DNA of 64,000 nt from NCBI RefSeq assembly GCF_009914755.1, contig NC_060932.1; one strand, written 5' to 3'. Position numbers and translations under genes: made by a program. Each line of letters begins with the position of its first letter. Positions within the stretch are counted from its first letter, which is position 1. Below the pieces are notes generated by a model. It was not told the origin of the DNA, ran no database searches, and saw only the letters and a list, made by a program, of their open reading frames with translations. Shown piece by piece: positions 38,361-51,425 of the stretch. Source of the stretch: the human T2T-CHM13v2.0 reference genome, Homo sapiens.

Positions 38361-41300
38361 AATTCGTTTGCCATGAGTTGGAAAATATATTTATCTATCT
38401 AAGACGGTGTACTTAATTATTTTAATTGTTTGAAAACTAGTGCAATATATTTCAGAACCTACATTTTTAGGATCAGACATATCTAAGGTATCTAATTCAT
38501 CCTGTCCCCAAACTCTATAGCTAAAGTCATCTTAGAAAGGCCTAAAATAAATTATTCTGAAGTTGTACTTATATCAATAAAAATGGAGATGATATCCTAA
38601 AGCATTAGTACTGCATATCTTCTAGATTGTTTAAGAAGAATCACAACTTGGATATAGGAAACTATAGAAAGTGTGAGTAAAATCGTTGCCATCTGATAAA
38701 AATGTCTTTCCAGGTAAAGTAACTTAAAAACCTTTTCCACATTTAGAGGAAATGCTGCCTAAATCAGAGTAAATCAACTTCTCTTTGAAACTGACTTGAT
38801 TTAGAAATGTTATTGTGATAATAAATTATAGTTTTCTCCCAGCATATAAGACCTTCAAATGGAAATCTGGAAGTCACAATTCTGTCTTCTGTTCAATATT
38901 ATTTTCTGCTGGGCACTGCCCAAAAATTCATTACAGCTTAAATATAGTTAATTTATTTCTACCTACCTCAAGGTATGTTACAGTAATTAATGGAGGCAGA
39001 AAGATTAACTAGAGCAGAAAGATATTATAAAAGTCATATATTATTTTGATTATATGTTTGAATCATATTTATGTATTTTATAACTCAGGTTTCTAAATTA
39101 TCTACATTTTATAGAATTTTAGAATGCTATTTTATATTCTGAAATGGAATTCCTTTTGAAAACACTAAGTAAATTCACCATTAAGACAAGTAAAATAAAT
39201 AATATACCATCTAAAACATTTTATCATTTGTTATTTGAGCAGTTGTAGTAAAATCACCAGAGAGGAATATGTAGTTGCAACCATCCACTGTATTTTCAAG
39301 ATGCTCAGCAACCACGAAATGAATTTCACATCAAGACCATAATGAGAAAAAAGATTCCAGAATAATTTCCTACTTCTTGAATTGAATGTGAATGAACAGA
39401 GAAGGCAGATCATTTCTAAAAACAACATCTCATCCAGTGAACTGAATCCTTACAATCTGTGTATTAGGAATCAACATTTGAAAAATTATGCAATCATGTT
39501 GACTTGTTCAGGCAATTTTTATTTTGAATATAGTCTATTTCTTCCAGACAACAACAGCCACCAAAACTAACTTTTCCGTTTTTTTTTTAAATAAGTTGAG
39601 TAATAATAGCAACACTCTCAAGTAAACAATCAAGACCTAAGAGTTTTCTTATGAATCAACTACCAGAGGAAATGGTAAGATTTGTGTTATGTTTTTTCCA
39701 TCTTCCAGCAGGTCATGTATAATTATGGCTATTAGCTCTGTGATCATCCACCAATAACTTCTCTTCTGATAACCCTTTGATTCTTTAAATAAAGGATTTT
39801 ACTTCTTGTGTTATTCAAAATATGAGTATTGAACTTAGCACTTTGTGTTCTGGTTACTTATAAATATCGTCGTCTTTCCTGATAGATTAGAATCAAGTTG
39901 TCTATGTTTTGACTAAGGACATGTCATTGCACCTCTTTAAGCCCCACTTTCTTATTCATAATGTGTGGATAACAATCTTTTCAAATAAATATCACTGAAT
40001 CCAAAGATTTTGTTAACAAAACTTTTAAAAGGATTAAATAAATATATAATAAGGGAAATAAAAAGGTTCTTCTTTAACAATTCCCCTTTGTTTTATTTGA
40101 AATATAAATATAAAAATAAGTTAGCCTCACATTCAAACAAGAATCCACTTGGTGTTCAGCTTAAAAATATGATTTCCTGAGTAGGTTTCATAGAGTTTGT
40201 TGCCAATTAGCTTGATGCCATTTCTGTCAGCTTCATGTCTCATTGAATCTAGCAGCTATTTTTAGGCCTTGATGGTCTACAGGGCTAGTGCCCAGAAGCA
40301 GCACAGGTCTGAAGAGAGGACAACAGCCCTTTACTTTGTAGGAACCACATTGTAATTGAAGATGAGGTTTGAAGTGAAGGAGGAAGTTTGCTGGAGGTGT
40401 TTTTGCTTGAAGAGTTGTTTTTGCACACAATGCCACACACACTGCAGTGACAAATTTGGAATGAACACCTCATGCTAACGCTGCTCTTACCATTTTCTTA
40501 ATTTTCCATCAGAGACAAACAGCCTCTCAAACACTGTAGCTTAAAGACTCTTTTGACTTCCCTATATGTATGGGTTTTATCTGTTGTGCAGAGTGGTAGC
40601 ATCTTTGCTGGCTGGCAAGTACAGCTTTTGTTCAGTGTTGCAGCTCAGATTTTACATCTAGCAAAAAAGAAAAACGTGCGGTTTTTATAAATCATTTTAT
40701 TTTTTAAAAAAGAAGAAAACAAACATCCTTCCTTCAGAATTCTCCTTTTCAATATAAAGCCTGCAAGCCAATGGCAGCAATGCCTTCACTTTTAAGGCAC
40801 CTTGTACAGGATATGTCTGTTTGAAGAATCTGTCATCTCAGCTCAAGGACCTTGTGTTTTGTGGCCAACCAAAGAACATTGTGTACCCTGAGCCTTGTTA
40901 GGAAACACATTAGGTACTGCTTAATTTATTTTAAACCTAATTTTAAGGAGAGAAATCAGGTTAGATTTAGCACTTTACTATAAATTATACTTTCTGCATA
41001 CGTAGATGAAATTAATTTTGGGTGGGGGGAATTTGAACTAAAATACATATTCTAAAAAGTTTGCAAATTCTGCTCCTGATCACTTAAAAGAGAAATACAA
41101 GGTTGCGTTAAGCCTGTAATCAGAAAGACAAAAACTAAGGAAAATAATATTAACATCTTCTATAGATCAAAATAAATTTTTCACATATTCAAGTCTCCCT
41201 TTCCAAATATCTTACTGAACTGACTGGTAAGATTTCTTCCTTTGTTCTGAAATATGTCAGAATCTTAGAGAAACTAGATCAATAAGAATATATCTATAAA

Positions 41301-43219
41301 TGTATGTACACACCAGAAAACATAAAGAAATATATAACATTATATATATGTATAATGTTCTACATGGGCTAAATGCAACATAAGATATTCTTCTGGTAAA
41401 ATTGTTATCCTAAACCATGTCAGCTTTTTAAAAATTTTATTTTACTTTTCATTTTGAAATAGTGTAAAACTTTACATAAATGTTGCAAGAATGGTGCCTG
41501 TCATTATCTTCAGTGTACTCCCTGATTTGCTCCGTCCCATTAAGGTTACCAACACAGCCGCAGCACTAGCCACATCCTGGGCTCCTCCCCATCAATGCAT
41601 TGGCTGCACTGCCCAAATCCTTGACCCAGATCAACGGGAAGTAGAAAGGACCATACTACCTTTTAAAATAGCATTTGAATTCTATTGAGGAGTGCCAGGT
41701 GTTTCCAGATGTGCTCTAGCTGAGTCTTCTGCTTCAAGACAGGATTGTGCAATCTCCATTTCAGACATTTCCCCTTTCCTTGTAAACTTCTAAGAAAAAA
41801 AGTCCACATCAGAATTTCATACAAACTATCAGCTCCACATTGCTTTTCAAATGAAGCACCATGAAGTTTGTGAAGTTTTAAATTTCATAGCAAATTCTAT
41901 TTCTAGTTTTCTCTCACAATCAGCAACTATAGCAAACACTGAGTGGAGGAGGGAAACATGACGGAAAATATAGGAAAATCAATTTTATCTCCTGCAATTA
42001 GAGAAACTAAACTCTGTGGAATATTCTGCTTTATTGAATTGGATCTGAATCATCAAATGAAATACATTTTATCTATTATATCTGGCTTATTTATAGAATG
42101 TGGTTTATTACATTATACAGTAACTGGAAGGTATTGTGTGAGTCATTTAGCTACTCACCAAGGTTCATTTAGTAAAAGACCACCTCTGTTGCTCTATATG
42201 GTATGATAGGGACTTAAAAAAGAAAAATAAATTTTATAGCTATTATCAGTATTAGTCATAATGCCCCTTTGTTGTGCTAGGAGAAGATATTTTATAGAAA
42301 AACAAAAGAAGTCAGTGACCTAAGAGCTAAATAATTTGCCTAATGTCTCAGCAAGGCTGAGGAACAGAAGATGAAAATTTCCAGGATCCTCTTCTGGTGC
42401 ACAAACCAGTGGAACACATTGTTCTCATAAATGCATGTAACTGATAAGAGGCTCCCTACTCCCCCCAGCACACAGAAAGACACTAGTTAAATGCCTTTCT
42501 GGGTGAAAAAGATCTCCAGGGTACAGGCTATTTTCTTACCCTCCTATGATAAAGGGAACATTTGGATGCAGTAAGACACCTTAGCATTCAGAGAAACCTG
42601 CCAAAAATAAGAGAAAAGAGCTACCCGGCTTAACATTTGTTCTTGAATAGGGAGGGATGAAATTGAGTGTTCAGCTACTCAGAAACTGTATCCCAAATGT
42701 AAGGGGTGGTGTTTGTCCCCAAATAAAGTCATATGATAAACACATGTGCTTGTAAAACAGCTCCAAACCACGCACTGAAGTGAAAAGAGGGTTGAAGATA
42801 TGTTTTATTTGATGAACAATATACAAATCTTAGTATATGTTCACAACCTCATTAAATATGTAGAAACCCTTTGAAACAAACCAAACATGGTCACAAACTT
42901 CCTGAGCCTATTTTGGGAAATAGAACTACTGGGCAAGTTAAGCTTCAGGCCACAGACCAACCACAAGAGCCACAAGTATGGCTGAATGGATAAATTTGGA
43001 AACCCATAGTGCTGAGCCTGGGATGTTCCTTGGGTGGCTGAAGGCAGAGAAGCAAGCAGTTTCTCAGGGAATTACTGTATTTGTCCATATATGGCATATC
43101 TGAAAGTTGAAGCTACAAAATTGTCTCGGATTTTTTTTTTCTATATTCTAATCTCACCTGTGGCTAAAGATAACTAATATAAAATTCTGCTGACTAGGTG
43201 GAAAAAACAGATTTTAGCT

Positions 43220-43286
43220 CTATAGATATAGATATTTATAGATATAGATAGATGATATAGATGCAGATATAGAAAGATAAAGATAT
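43220..43286. repeat. (TAGATA)n low-complexity tract
   Basis: TATAGATATAGATATTTATAGATATAGATAGATG... Confidence 0.8.
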
Positions 43287-43588
<302 letters not shown>

Positions 43589-44454
43589 TTAGGGATAAAA
43601 AATATATAATGCATATATATACAAATATATATAATGTACATATTTCTAAATAGTATATTAATTCTAGAATGGAGCAAATACTGCTCCAGCATTTTTAAAT
43701 GTTTCAAAGTAGATTTTCTTTAACTAGTGTTGAATATCTCTGTGGGTATAAGGATATATTCTTGCGGATTCAACGAGTCTCAATTTTTTCAATGTTAGGT
43801 TTTCATTGCTGTGATAACCTTTAAAAACTTAATACAGAATATTCTGGATCATCTGGAGGATCCCAAACTGCCATTTGATTTGTGCTTACAAATTGATGCC
43901 ACATGGTATTTCTGAAGGGAAAAAAAGAAATGGGTTCAATATATAAACCATGCATTCACCCCCAAATGAAGGCCAAATGCTGTCATGATTTACTGTACAA
44001 AAGAAATTTTCACAGCAGTTCCCAAAGGGCAAATTGGGGTGAACTGAATCATCACATAACAGGGTAATACAGACCTAGCAGTCCCTGCCATAGGGAAGTC
44101 AAGGCAGCTCTTTATGCCAGAGTCCTGGCTTCCATTCCTGTAATGTACTTGGAACATTCACTAAAGGTAGAAGGAATCCAGAAATGACCACCAGCATGAG
44201 GCATCTTATAGGACATATTTTCCGGAAGGCTCTAGCAAAGCACATTTTCGTGTAATGGGGGCATAAAAAGAACCTCACCTTTAAGCACAGTACAAAATTG
44301 TAACATAGCAAATTTGGGTAGAAATAGCTAAAATGAAAGAAATATCCTTGACAGAGGCTTTGTAATGCAAATTAGATCTCTATTTAAAAATTCAATGTGC
44401 AGCAATTATAAATCGGAAGACTGAGAACTTTCTGAAAGTGTGTGTTCCATTCTT

Positions 44455-44640
44455 TCTATCCCACTCAATAAGCAAAGTTTGAGCACCAGTTGTGCCAAAC
44501 AGTGAAACATGGTCCCTACCCTTAGTGTACTTACATTTTAAGAAAAGAGACACAAGTAAAAAGATAATTTTAGTAGAATTTGGGTGCAGTGGGAGATAGA
44601 GAAGATCACTTCTGCAACCTGATACAAAAGTAGGACCAAA
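44455..44640 (-). mobile_element. L2 3' fragment
   Basis: TTTGAGCACCAGTTGTGCCAAAC...ACATGGTCCCTACCCTTAGTGTACTTACATTTTA. Confidence 0.55.
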
Positions 44641-47600
44641 CAATTACAAAGCAAAGGAGGCCCCCATGGAAGCACATCAAAATGAGGACTAGCAGTGGAG
44701 TCACAGAATCCAAGTGATGGCAGAAGAGTATCAGACCTAAATCCGCAGTAGAGACACTCTCTTAGTGCGAAGGGCTTGATCCTTTTGTTAAACACCAACA
44801 CACACTATGCAGGTATGTCATCTTGGGTCACTGCATATTCTTGGTACATTGTACTTAATTCAGTCTGAGCTGCATTCTTTTCAACTCATCACATTGTTCT
44901 TCTTAGAAAGCCACAAAATTCATCAATAACTGTTGTTTTTTTTAAGTAGTGACAAATAATTCTAGCATCCCGCAGTGCTTCTAGTTATCTCAAAAGACAT
45001 TGCAAAATCCTAAATACAATTTTCATTAATTTCAAGATCCAAGAAAAAAAAAAAGGAAAGATATTTGTATAGGAAAATTATTTTTAATCCAAGGTTTACC
45101 TTATGGCTTTAAAAAGGATGGAGAGTGCCCTATAGAGTCAGCTCAAGAATCAGAACAATTCAGAATGGAATTGTGCTAAACCTGTGAGAGCTATGTGGCT
45201 TGGCTAGTTATTGGCATAGCCCAGACTACCAGATGTATTTCTTAGAAGTCCCACTTAAGATTTCGTTTTCATGTAAGTGTAACTTATAAGTAACAAGAAT
45301 TAAACCATCTTCTTCCTCTGCTGCTTTGAGGTCGATGCCACAAATCAGCCAGAAAGCTGGGTCCAATGGGTCCCTAAAGCCCGTTGTAGTTGCATGCTTA
45401 CAGCATTCAGCAGTGAGCCTACAGATCAGGAAGGCAAGTGGCAACACAAACCCCAAATGTTACAAGCTTCAAAGTAAATTCTAAGTAATGGGATCATGAG
45501 CTGGAAGTACTCTAAGAATCTGAAGTTCAATAGCTAGGAGTCTGACATCAGGTTCAATACATTGAAAACTGTGACTTGTTAGTAATAGTAACTTTTCTTT
45601 CCAGCCCCACCCACATTCAAAGGATTCTACTGTAATTTAGACATAGAGACTCTTAGAAACCCAGAGAAGAAGATGTATGTGTAACATATGAAGTTCAGTT
45701 TTAATTGCCGTTTATGTTGGTGTTGGGCAGGAATTCCGCCTTCTGGAATGCTATTCAAACCAAACCCCAGACCCCTGGAGAGTGTTCTGCTTTATTTATT
45801 GTTCTGCAATATCGCCTGCCTTTTCCCAGTGTTCTTTGTGCTTAGGAAATATTTTGTGCATGTCCCTTTTTTGCAGCATAGCTGCTGATTTCAGTGAAAA
45901 AATGAATGGTAGAGTATTTATTCATGTATATAGTTGTTCTTTTCTTTTTGCATTCTTTAAGAATAAAATCTTATAACTTCATCCCCCCAGGTAGTGATAG
46001 AAGCCAGGCAGAAATTATTTAAAGGAAAAAATGAGATTAATATTTCAGTTTGAATGTCAAAAGCAGAGGGAACTTGGGCAGTAAAAAAGGGTCATGAATT
46101 CACAGGCAATATCATCTGTAGTGTTTTATCTTCATGTAGAACTAAAAAAAAGATTTTGAATTCATTTTTTAGCTTGAAATAATACTTCTAATGTAACTCA
46201 CTATAAAGTGAACTGTTTAAAACAAAATTAAATATTCCATCAGGTTTTTTACTTTCTTTGTATTTCATTCATGTCACCTCTTTCTTGAAATCTCATTTCA
46301 TAAGCATGTTTTATTAATGATCTATTAATAAGCATTCACTTAAAACATGACTGATTAAAAAGTAGACGTGATTTTAAGTAAGTGTCCTGAAAATGTTTCA
46401 TTTATTGAATTCATTGAGGTTTAAGTTCTCATTTGTATAGCTGGAGGGTAAATTACAGATACTCATGCTTGTTTTATCATTATAATGAAAGCAGTACTGA
46501 TATTTGCAACACTAATTAAAATTCTACTCTGATCCATATAAATGCAGTCTCTTCCCCAAATAGATTATTTTCAGATCTTTATATAAAATTTACTCTATAT
46601 ATATATGTGATAATGAAAGTACCTATCTTTAGTGTAACATAATCAAGGTTAAGAGAAAGTAAAAATTAGGTTCAGACTTTTTAATACTGCAGGGTACATT
46701 TTTAGTACCCTACAGAGAGAATTAGTCACACGACTCCCATTAACTTTAATGGAACCTGTATGGGCAAATTGTATGCTGAAATTCAGAGGAAGTTAACGTC
46801 TGTAGAGTTTACTAGTTCCATTTTTTCTCTTTGTACTTTCAGTTTGGGTTACCTTTACTTTCTCATGATCCAGAAGGAAGACAAGTCAATACGAGTGATC
46901 AACATAGATGTTTGCCAAGCTTTATAAGCCCCCATTTTCTATACATCTGCCACAAAGTTAGAAATCTGCAAACAAAGCTTATAGCATTTGTGATTCCATT
47001 AGCAAGCAAATTCAACTAAATGGCATGGTTTTTAAATATGAAAATTATAATTATCCTGTAAATATAGTAAATATTATAGCTTTTTTTATTCTCCAGTGTG
47101 TATTCATATTTCATATTTGCATTTGCAATTACAATAGCAAAATTAGAAACTTTAAAAATATTTTCAAAATAATGTATGTTGAAATAAAATCATTGTATTA
47201 CCATATTAGGTGTTTATATTTGAAATAAAATGTGTTTGGAATTGTATATATTGATCTTATTAAAATGATATATATCACATTTAGGCACTATTGAGAAAGA
47301 CAAGGATAGGCAATTAAAAATTAAAACATCTTCACAAGAGATAAAGGAAGCTAAACGTTCTTCACCACTATCAACGATACCTTTCTATAACTATGAATTC
47401 AATCATCTGACAATGTAATGAAATTATTATCAGTTAACAAATCTAGTCAAAAGTGTTTAGAATTTATATTTACCACACAGGGAAAAAAAAGAGAAATAAA
47501 TGAAGATACTTCTAATGTCAACTCATTCATGATGTTCATTCCACTATTAATTTGGAAACAACTGAGAATCTCTCTAGTCTCTCTTCCTCCCATCAAATAG

Positions 47601-47869
47601 ACCTATCTGTACTTTAAGTTGTCCGTAAATTCACCATTTTAAAAAATTAACATTATTTTTTTTAAAAAAAGAACACGGAATCTAAACTTATAAGAATTTT
47701 TTTATTGTATCTTATTTGGGCATCTAAACAATCAAAACAGAACTTATAAGACAAAAAAACATGGTTTAATTGGGAAAAAAAAGAAGACATGAATGACGAC
47801 ACCAAAATTAACGTCATAATTAATTTCGTTTTGGACAGATGTTTCAGAAAACATCCAAATCTACTCCTC

Positions 47870-48070
47870 ATTCATTTGTTGAGCAATTTTTTTTAAGCAC
47901 CGACAATGTCCTTATACAACTTTAGGAAATGGGTTAGGTGATAGACAAAACATACAAATTCCCTGTAACCTTGGATCTGACATTCTAATGGGGCAAAAAA
48001 AAAAAAAAAACAAAGAAGGAAACGAGAGGAGGAAAGACAATTTAAGATTGTGATACATACTAAAAAGGAG
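47870..48070 (-). mobile_element. L2 3' fragment
   Basis: CATTCATTTG...TTAAGCACCGACAATGTC...TCCCTGTAACCTTGGATCTGACATTCTAATGGGG. Confidence 0.65.
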
Positions 48071-48338
48071 TTGTTGCAATTTTCACCACCCGAGAATGCA
48101 GCTATTTGATTTTCTCTCCTCAACTTCTTTGATAAACCCCTTTTACTCCTTGAAGTTAAAAGTAAATATAAATGTATCAGTAGATCTATATTTCATCCAT
48201 CTCATTGTGCCATTTCCCTTAAAAGGCATCCACATATTCATGAAACACATCAATATATGCCATGCTTTATAACATCCATGTTATGTGTTTGTCAGCATTC
48301 AAAGATGCTCACTTTCATTGAAGTTTTTTAGTTCTTGC

Positions 48339-48729
48339 TGTTGTGGTTGAATGTGTTCCATCCAAAATTCAGGTGTTGTAACTTAACTGCCAATGTAACA
48401 GTATTAAGGGGTGGGACCTTCAGAAGGTGATTAAGTCATGATTAAGTCATTAAGTCAGGGACCTTTTAAATGGTCTTGTCAGCAGTTCTTCCCGTTTGTC
48501 CTTTTGCCTTCTGTCATGTGAAGACAAGTGTTTTCCCCCTTCAAAGGACACACACAGCATTCAAGACTTCATCTAGGAAGTAGAGTCTGGACCCTCACCA
48601 GACAATGAACCTGCCAATGCATTGATCTTGAACTTCCCAGCCTCTAGAACTCTGAGAAATAAAATTTTGTGTTTTATAAATTACTCATTCTGTGGTATCT
48701 TGTTATAGCAGCCCAAATGGACTGAGACA
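48339..48729 (+). mobile_element. MaLR solo LTR (MSTC/MSTD-like)
   Basis: TGTTGTGGTTGAATGTGTTCCATCCAAAATTCAGGTGTTG...CTTGAACTTCCCAGCCTCTAGAACT...CAAATGGACTGAGACA. Confidence 0.9.
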
Positions 48730-49449
48730 TCAACTTTTGCACTTTTCAGTATTTTGAGTTTGTCCCCAGGTCACCAGAGAAGTTCAGTGACTGAAAACCC
48801 AAGACTGTGAAAAAAAAAAAAAGTCTTCAGAAGAGGTTAGTGAATGAGGATTTTTCTCCAAAGCAAAATGATTGTCACTGCATGGTTATTTCTCATTCTG
48901 TGTGATTTTTCTATGTGGAGAACAAAAAAAGAGTTTGAAAGATAAGTTGGGGTGTGAATTTGGCTGCTTGTAATTCTATGAAATTACACTGACTCTCTTT
49001 TCTTCTATGTCAGACACTAAAACTGTTTCCTCTAACTAGCAAAAGAGATGCCAGTGCTTTTGTCTGTTATTTTTTCTTAATGCATAATTTATGTATGGCC
49101 CATTTATTAATAACAATGAAGTGTTGTACCTGGAAATCTGCTCTCAAAAGAACAGAATATACAGAATCAAACAGAACATTTTCATAAGACAGATATGATT
49201 TTTACATTAAAAAAATAAAACTTGCCCTAGTTAATTCTTCCTGAAAGTGTTGGATAAAATCCAGCAGAAATTATTCAATTATTAAAATAACCATATTTAT
49301 CATATTAAACAAGAATTTTAACTCTTCCCTGGTTTCTGATAAATCTCAAGGGAAATTAAACATAATGGCATATTCTAGAAGAGGAAATATTTCAGTAAAG
49401 CACCATTTTTGTTATTTCTTTCAATGCAGAGAAACTTACATTTTGTACA

Positions 49450-49615
49450 TATTATGTCATTTAATCTTTTCAAAAATCCAACAGTTTTGGTACTATTATC
49501 GTGTCATGTTACCAATAAAAAGAGATTAAATATTTTGCTAAAGGTCTCTTGGTAACAGAAAGAGCTAGTATTTAAGGTCAAGTATCTGACTTTAGAACCC
49601 TACTACTTTCTACTG
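49450..49615 (-). mobile_element. MIR fragment
   Basis: GTCATTTAATCTT...GGTACTATTATC...AGAGCTAGTATTTAAGGTCAAGTATCTGACTTTAGAACCC. Confidence 0.6.
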
Positions 49616-49713
49616 CCTTGTTTAGAGAAGATACTCAAAAACACATTTACGTTAAATTAAAATCTTGCTAGATTTAGCAGTCTTGAGATAAGCCCTTAGA
49701 AGATGTAAACTTT

Positions 49714-50019
49714 GGCCGGCTGCAGTGGCTCACACCTGTAATCTCAGCACTTTGGGAGGCCGAGGCAGGCGGATCACCAGGTCAGGAGATCGAGACCATC
49801 CTTGTTAACACAGTGAAACCCTGTCTCCACTAAAAATACAAAAACAAAATTAGCCGGATGTGGCGGCTTGAGCTGTAGTCCCAGCTACTGGGGAGGCTGA
49901 GGCAGGAGAATGGCATGAACTCGGGAGGCGGAGCTTGCAGTGAGCCAAGCTGGTGCCACTGCACTCCAGCCTGGGCGACAGAGTGAGACTCCATCTCAAA
50001 AAAAAAAAAAAAAAAAAAA
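49714..50019 (+). mobile_element. AluY-like
   Basis: GGAGATCGAGACCATCC, GAGAATGGCATGAAC, GGAGCTTGCAGTGAGCC; poly(A); TSD AAGATGTAAACTT. Confidence 0.95.
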
Positions 50020-50363
50020 GATGTAAACTTCTGGATACGTGTCTGGGGTAAAAAGTAAAATATTAATATATTAAATAATTCTATCTATTCCAAATGTTCT
50101 AAGCCTTGTAGAAGTCTTGAGCTACAAAGGATTTCAGCAGTCATTTAAAGTCAATCCTTTCAATTTTCAGAAGTGGATCCAAACTCTTCTGGGTCTAGAG
50201 AGGTGATTTAGTTATTGAGTGCCATGTAGCTTGCTAATAGCAAAGTTCAACTTGCTAATTTTCATGCAAAAAAAGTTAATTATACCCAACAGTTTTCATT
50301 TATGTATTTATTTGGGAGTGATTTGCTTATACCTGCATTATTACCTATATTAGCTTTATATAG

Positions 50364-50750
50364 TGTATTAGTCCATTTTCACACTGCTATAAACACATAC
50401 CCAAGACTGGGTAATTTATAAAGGAAAGAGGTTTAATTGACTCATGGTTCAGCATAACTGGAGAGGCCTCAGGAAACTTACAATCATGGGGGAAAGCAAG
50501 GGGGAAGCAAGGCACCTTCTTCACAAGGTGGTAGGAAGGAGAAGGAACACAGGAGGAACTACCAAACACTTATAAAACCATCAGATCTCATGAGAACTCA
50601 CTCACTATCATGAGAACAACATGGGGGAAACCACCCCCACGATCCAATTACCTCCACCCTGTCTCTCCCTTGACATGTGGGAATTATGGGGATTTTAAGA
50701 ATTACAATTCAAGATGAGATTTTGGGTGGGGACACAACCAAACCATATCA
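50364..50750 (-). mobile_element. MaLR solo LTR (THE1D-like)
   Basis: TGTATTAGTCCATTTTCACACTGCTATAAA...GGGTGGGGACACAACCAAACCATATCA; TSD TATAG/TGTAG. Confidence 0.93.
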
Positions 50751-50754
50751 TGTA

Positions 50755-51425
50755 GTATGACAGAGAGACATTTAAGGTCTCTCCATTACCCCTACCTCCT
50801 AGTATCTATGCCTTTGTGTGATTTATTTCCTTTGAATGTGGATAAGACCTGTAACTTATGCTTTTAACTAAAAGAATGTAGCAGAGGTGGTGTGGTGGGA
50901 TGCACATTATTACTTACATGTAATTATATGTATATGTTACATAAGATTATAGCTTCCATTTAACTGTAGTCTCTCTCTCTCAACCCAGACACACACACAC
51001 GCACAAACAGACACACACACACACACACACTTACTTTACTTTCTGGCTTTTACGAAGCAAGCAGCAATGTTAGAAGGCATATGTAGCAGGGAATTAAGGG
51101 CAGCCTCTAGGAGCTGAGAAAGGCTTCCAGCCAACAGCCTGCAAGGATCTCCAGCTGACAACCAGCAAGAAATGAGGCCCTCCATCCTGCAGTCACAAGG
51201 AAATGAATCATGGTATAACCTGAGTGAATTTGGACGTGAGTCCTTCCACAGTCAGCCCTTTAGATAAAAACCCAGTCCTCAACAAGACTTTGACGGCAGC
51301 CTTTCAGAGAATTCAGCTACTCTGTATTCAGACTCTTAACCTACGGAAACTGTTAGATAACAAATGTCTATTGTTTTAAGCCACTACACTTATGCTAACT
51401 TCCTATACAATAGAAAAATAATACA
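50755..51425 (+). mobile_element. MaLR LTR (MLT1E/F-like) with internal (CA)n at ~50989-51030
   Basis: GGGCAGCCTCTAGGAGCTGAG...CAGCTGACAACCAGCAAGAAA...TTGTTTTAAGCCACTA...AATAGAAAAATAATACA. Confidence 0.85.
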
